A DNA stretch of 64,000 nucleotides from the NCBI GenBank assembly GCA_016839765.1, contig JAEOTP010000087.1, positions 1 to 64,000 of the forward strand, given 5' to 3'. Under the pieces are notes generated by a model. That model worked only from the letters and a program-made list of their open reading frames with translations, made no database searches and was not told where the DNA came from. Positions 59,774 through 64,000 of the stretch are shown piece after piece. The DNA is from Promethearchaeota archaeon (GTDB lineage: Archaea > Asgardarchaeota > Lokiarchaeia > Sigyniarchaeales > SOKP01). Both the position numbers and the translations under genes were made by a program. How positions within the stretch are numbered: the stretch's first letter is position 1; every line of letters begins with the position of its first letter.

Positions 59774-61249
59774 TTACTTTCTAATTTCTTGAATATAATC
59801 AAAAATAGTATCAATTCTCCCCTTAATGGTTCCAAACAGTCCTTCTTCTTCCGAAACAACTGAATTAATAGCAGTTTTCAAGCCATAATGACTTTCAGAT
59901 ACTAAAACGCGTATAGGTAATGTAAGAATTTCATTGAAGAGCATTAGAATTTCTTGGATAACTCCAATTATCTTTGGAAATTTTTCTTCTGATTTTTCTA
60001 TCATCGATTGTTCAGAGGGAATTAGCTCATCTTCTTTTTCTCTCCTTAGTTCTTCCCAAACATTTTCTTTTAATTCTGAAAAATTGATGCCTAAATTCTC
60101 TAAAGCCAACTGAGCGCCTTCAAAAAGAAAAGTTACATCGTCCTTCCCTGAAAATTTCTTTACGTTCTCAACCATTTCTACTGGAGCAAGTCCATCAAGA
60201 AAAGTTATCAAAAGATGATGATAATCATTTATTACATCTATTGGAATGAATAATAAAGCAAAATCTCTTAATTGTTTAAAAAGATAGCCTGCAACTTTAG
60301 CAAACGTTTCATTTGCTAATATCTTTTCTACTAATCCTCCATATTCATTAAAAACGTGAATTGTTAAAAACCCAATTATCCTAATCATATCATCTTCATA
60401 ATTCTTAAAGTAATCAAAAAAATGTTCTGGTTCCATATTTAGTTTATCCTCAATAATCTCCGCTACCTTTCTCTTAATGCCCTCTAATGGTTCATCTAGT
60501 AATTCTTCAATTTTATCTAATGTAAGAGCCTCTTGTAATTTATCAATAATATCTAATTTCGTATCTTGAATAAGCTCTTCTTCCATTCTTTCTTCAAAAA
60601 ATACACCAGATTTTAGTTGATCTTGTATTCGAATTGCAGTAAATTCTTTCCATTCAGTAGTGTCATATATTTTACATATAAATTGAAGACACTGCCCTCC
60701 TTTTGTCTTACAATTTTGCTCTACAATGTTAATTCGATAGTCATTTTTCTTTATTCTAAGAATAAAATTAGCTACACTTTCTAACATTCCACATAAACCA
60801 CAAGCTAAACCTTCAGTTTCTTTATTTTTTAAATTTTGAAAATTAAATGTATCTTTTTCATCTAGTCCATAACTAGCGCAAATTGGACAGTTCTTAATCT
60901 TAACAATATAATCATTATATTTAGTACCCTCTTTAGGTATTTCTTCATAATTTAAGCCTCCTTCTTCTATCTCCTTCCCAAATACCACAATCCATAATAG
61001 CTCAAAATATTCAACTACTTTTTTAGGGCTACCTGGCATCCATTTAAATACACCCGAATGGCGCTCGCATGATTCTAAAGCTGCATTTTTCCCAATTTCT
61101 CTTAAAATAATTAGACTATCTTCCTCATTCTCAGTTATTTCATTAATCTCTTTAAGAATTTCACGATTAAGAAGTGTATAGAAAAGAGAATTAGTACTTC
61201 GACCGAAAGCTTTAGAAATCTTTTTTAATAGCCATTGTACAATACCCAT
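59774..61249 (-). CDS. Bet3/TRAPP-V4R-like domain fused to a long acidic helical C-terminal region
   Basis: NSLFYTLL...ENEEDSLIILREIGKN resembles the Bet3 N-terminal helices. Cysteines CPIC, ACGLCG and NC...C are V4R-like. Start placed at the ATG at 61249 (SD GGAGG, 1 nt after the upstream stop). Confidence 0.6.
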   Translation of the reverse strand: MGIVQWLLKKISKAFGRSTNSLFYTLLNREILKEINEITENEEDSLIILREIGKNAALESCERHSGVFKWMPGSPKKVVEYFELLWIVVFGKEIEEGGLNYEEIPKEGTKYNDYIVKIKNCPICASYGLDEKDTFNFQNLKNKETEGLACGLCGMLESVANFILRIKKNDYRINIVEQNCKTKGGQCLQFICKIYDTTEWKEFTAIRIQDQLKSGVFFEERMEEELIQDTKLDIIDKLQEALTLDKIEELLDEPLEGIKRKVAEIIEDKLNMEPEHFFDYFKNYEDDMIRIIGFLTIHVFNEYGGLVEKILANETFAKVAGYLFKQLRDFALLFIPIDVINDYHHLLITFLDGLAPVEMVENVKKFSGKDDVTFLFEGAQLALENLGINFSELKENVWEELRREKEDELIPSEQSMIEKSEEKFPKIIGVIQEILMLFNEILTLPIRVLVSESHYGLKTAINSVVSEEEGLFGTIKGRIDTIFDYIQEIRK

Positions 61250-61250
61250 G

Positions 61251-61784
61251 TTATTTTCCTCCATCAGTATATTTAAATAATTGAATACATGATTTATTAC
61301 CGAAAGTACGTGATTCTTTAATTTCTATAGGATAAATCGAGAAGGAATGATCTTCCTCTGCCTGATTATTAATCAATGACACGAGTTCAGCAACCATAGC
61401 TGCTATGATTTCACATCCAGCAACGTGAATATCTTCAAAATGATATTTACATAGAGCACAATCATTATCTTTCACTGAAATAAGTTTCTCATAATCATTG
61501 ATTTCAATCGAAACTGAACTATTTAAAATGTTCTTATAAATAGTAGCAAGAACATTCTTTATATTAGTTATATCTACCTTATCAATCGGTTTCCAATATC
61601 TAATATACGTGTTTGCAATATTCTGACCTATTCTTTGAAATCTCTGCTTAATTTCAGAAATATTATTATTTTTTATAAAACGTTCAAGATGGTAAATCGC
61701 ATTTCGCATTTGATTCATGGTAGCCTCTGATTCGACTAAATCTTTTCTTGAATAACTCATCATAAATCTACTCTGAAAATTCAA
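61251..61784 (-). CDS. Stand-alone Bet3/V4R-like protein
   Basis: RFQRIGQNIA...DNDCALC...GCEIIAAMVAELV...ESRTFGNKSC fits the V4R/NO-signalling/Golgi-transport fold pattern. Confidence 0.65.
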   Translation of the reverse strand: MNFQSRFMMSYSRKDLVESEATMNQMRNAIYHLERFIKNNNISEIKQRFQRIGQNIANTYIRYWKPIDKVDITNIKNVLATIYKNILNSSVSIEINDYEKLISVKDNDCALCKYHFEDIHVAGCEIIAAMVAELVSLINNQAEEDHSFSIYPIEIKESRTFGNKSCIQLFKYTDGGK

Positions 61785-62055
61785 AATTTAAATAATAGTT
61801 GAAAAAGGATAATCTAATTTAATATTTATGATACAAATTCGAATTTTATAGGGATGAGATTTTAATTTTACAAAAGAGATTTGTTATGAGAAGAAATTCA
61901 TAACTTTTCTTGTTAGCTCCTTGATTTTTTATAAATGAAATTAATATAAACTCAAATTAATTATTCCTATCAATATTAACCAAAATAATTTATTATTTTG
62001 TACATTATTAAAACTAACTTTAGGAAAATTTGTAAATATTAAAGGTTGAGATTTT

Positions 62056-62412
62056 ATGACTAATATCGAAGAATTAAAAAATTATGGGCTCGATATTACT
62101 GAGGATATGAAGCAAGGAGTCTTAATATGTGATATATATACGGTTTGGTGTGGGCCTTGCAAGTTTTTAAGCCCAATCTTAGAAAAGCTCAAGGAAGAGG
62201 GGCTTATAAAATTACTAGCCGTAGATTTAGACCAAAATAGACCTTTAGGTGAAAAATTTGGTGTGACAGCTATCCCAACGCTTCTGTTTTTTAAAGATGG
62301 CGAAATGGTTGATGGTACTATTGAGATTCAAGGTCAACCCTTAGTAAGAGATGGAATAATGATAGGAGCTGCTGGAGAGAATGTTTTAAAAAGTATTATA
62401 GCGAAGATTTAA
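62056..62412 (+). CDS. trxA: Thioredoxin
   Basis: WCGPC and the cis-proline motif AIPTLLFFKDG. Confidence 0.92.
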   Translation: MTNIEELKNYGLDITEDMKQGVLICDIYTVWCGPCKFLSPILEKLKEEGLIKLLAVDLDQNRPLGEKFGVTAIPTLLFFKDGEMVDGTIEIQGQPLVRDGIMIGAAGENVLKSIIAKI

Positions 62413-62605
62413 TTTTTCATAAAAATATATTTAAAAAATTGATTTACTCTTTTTTTTAAACTAGCTTTTATAAACCTATTGATTTCATTTAAAATGTTTG
62501 AAATATCTTTTTTAAAATGATTTTAATTGAAAAATAAAAGAATTAATTTTAAAATAGAATGAGAGTTATTAATATATAAGTTTAAGTAAATCTCATATAA
62601 TTAAA

Positions 62606-63109
62606 ATGGCAACTATAGATTTTGATTTTAGAAACCAGATCATCCAATCCGATATTGGGAGTACACTTGCTTATTGCTATCAGTGTGCTACTTGCAGTGG
62701 GGCATGCCCAGTAGCACAAGTCACTAATGGACGCTATAATCCAAGAAGATTGATTTTAGATGCTCTCCTTGGGTTAAAAGAAAAGATTTTTGGTAAGGAA
62801 AACGCATTTAATATCTGGGGATGCACTGTTTGTGATACCTGTGATGAAGTTTGCCCTCAAAAGGTTGAACTTACTGAAATTTTTACTATTCTAAAAAATA
62901 TGAGCGTTGCTCGGGGAGAAGCTCCTGATTATTATACTACTCAAGCATCAACAATTTTAGAAAATGGAAAAGCAATCCCGATGCAACCAGCGATAGAAAG
63001 AAGGAGGGATCAACTTGGATTACCAAAAGTTTTAACTCCTGATGTTAATGAAGTACAAAAACTTTTAGAAACAACAAAATTAACTGAAAAACTTAAGAAA
63101 GAAGAATAA
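62606..63109 (+). CDS. hdrC: Heterodisulfide reductase subunit C-like (2x[4Fe-4S])
   Basis: CYQCATCSGACP...NPRRLI...IWGCTVCDTCDEVCPQ and RRDQLGLP. Confidence 0.88.
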   Translation: MATIDFDFRNQIIQSDIGSTLAYCYQCATCSGACPVAQVTNGRYNPRRLILDALLGLKEKIFGKENAFNIWGCTVCDTCDEVCPQKVELTEIFTILKNMSVARGEAPDYYTTQASTILENGKAIPMQPAIERRRDQLGLPKVLTPDVNEVQKLLETTKLTEKLKKEE

Positions 63110-63241
63110 TTTTTCTTTTGATACTCTTTTTAAAAATAATTTTATTTTTTAGAATCTTTAACAATATAATCGTTCTTAGAATTGAAATTAGATTGAAAAT
63201 AGATTTATTTAAAATTAATAATCATTAAAGAAGTGAATTTG

Positions 63242-64000
63242 ATGAGAAAGCCAGTTATTGGTGCAAATTGGAAAATGAATCGAGGAACGCCTAAGGAAGC
63301 ATTAGAAATGATTCAAGATTTTAAATCTAATATAAAAAAGACAACCTCAGTTGATATTATTATCTTTCCGCCATACACAGTTTTAAATACAATTTTTAAT
63401 ACTGTTAAAAAGACTCAAATAAAGGTTGGAGCTCAAAATATGTATTTTGAAGAAAAAGGAGCTTTTACAGGAGAAATTTCTCCCATATTCCTTAAAAATA
63501 TTGGTTGCGAATATGTAATATTGGGACACAGTGAAAGAAGAGATATTTTTCAAGAGACTGATGAAATAATAAATAAAAAGTTGAAAAAAGCTTTATTTAT
63601 AAGTTTAAATCCTATAGTATGTATAGGAGAACACCTTGAAAAAAGAGAAGCTGGTAAAACGAAAGAAATTATTCTTAATCAATTCATGAATACTTTCAAG
63701 GACCTTACTAAAGAAGAAATTAGAAAAACTATAATTGCTTATGAACCAATTTGGGCAATAGGAACAGGTAAAACTGCTACACCAGAGCAAGCTGAAGAGA
63801 TACATCACTATATTCGTGAATTATTAGAAAACAATTATGATAGAGATACAGCTCAAAGCGTAAGAATTCAATATGGCGGTTCAATAAAACCAAATAATGC
63901 TGAAGATTTATTTAGGAAAGAGAATATTGATGGAGGTTTAGTAGGAGGCGCATCTCTACAAGCAGAATCCCTATTTGAAATAGTAAAAGCTGCGCAAGCA
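63242..64000 (+). CDS. tpiA: Triosephosphate isomerase, bacterial/eukaryotic type, 3'-truncated by the window edge (absent from the ORF track)
   Basis: Manual translation: MRKPVIGANWKMN...GAQN...GAFTGEIS...LGHSERR...CIGE...AYEPIWAIGTGK...QYGGS...DGGLVGGASL. Confidence 0.96.
   Translation, partial: MRKPVIGANWKMNRGTPKEALEMIQDFKSNIKKTTSVDIIIFPPYTVLNTIFNTVKKTQIKVGAQNMYFEEKGAFTGEISPIFLKNIGCEYVILGHSERRDIFQETDEIINKKLKKALFISLNPIVCIGEHLEKREAGKTKEIILNQFMNTFKDLTKEEIRKTIIAYEPIWAIGTGKTATPEQAEEIHHYIRELLENNYDRDTAQSVRIQYGGSIKPNNAEDLFRKENIDGGLVGGASLQAESLFEIVKAAQA

Noticed and set aside
2514-63808. Short antisense or overlapping ORFs in the track (e.g. 2514-2747, 8445-8753, 9032-9376, 11804-12169, 26803-27132, 41882-42094, 63605-63808)
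   Set aside because: They are shadows of well-supported genes and carry no recognisable motifs. 8445-8753 overlies the real uS14 and 63605-63808 overlies tpiA.
1-64000. Selenoprotein genes (in-frame TGA) or SECIS elements, prompted by selB
   Set aside because: The TGA-terminated ORFs I checked (uS8, uL5, uL24, uL29, RadB-like) end at their natural C-termini. The redox proteins use Cys, and I saw no convincing SECIS-like hairpin. A covariance search could still find one.
1-64000. CRISPR arrays, rRNA genes, IS elements
   Set aside because: No periodic repeat-spacer pattern, no long GC-rich structural RNA and no transposase-like ORF were seen.

Overview
A strongly AT-rich, gene-dense archaeal window, most consistent with Asgard archaea (Lokiarchaeia/Promethearchaeota). 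That assignment is inferred from archaeal ribosomal proteins (eL19, eL32, eS4, Rpp29), an archaeal SelB, two roadblock/LC7 proteins, ribophorin-I-like and OSTC/DC2-like OST subunits, Bet3/V4R-like proteins and an Rpc34/TFE-beta-like protein. Contents in order: 5'-truncated selB; a DUF4430 surface protein divergent from a CbrT-like ECF S-component; a 19-gene S10/spc ribosomal cluster (uS19 to uL15, including a uS14 missing from the ORF track, with no uL3/uL4/uL23/uL2 upstream and no secY downstream); housekeeping genes (peptidases, RlmE, Trm1, TlyA, two RadA paralogues, class I FBPase); an Opp/Dpp ABC operon interrupted by a decayed chimeric insert; a tRNA-Gln(UUG) with a non-canonical anticodon loop; a translocon/N-glycosylation neighbourhood (Trm112, ribophorin I head-to-head with Sec61beta, AglH/DPAGT1, epimerase, glycosyltransferases); a coupled pair of Bet3/V4R-like genes; thioredoxin; HdrC; and a 3'-truncated bacterial-type tpiA. 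I saw no CRISPR array, rRNA, transposase or integrase. The best leads are a possible ribosome-Sec61-OST-like assembly, the Bet3-like pair with an amphipathic N-terminus, the tRNA-Gln C33/A37 loop and a putative cobamide-capture module. All family calls come from motif recognition by eye; no searches were run.
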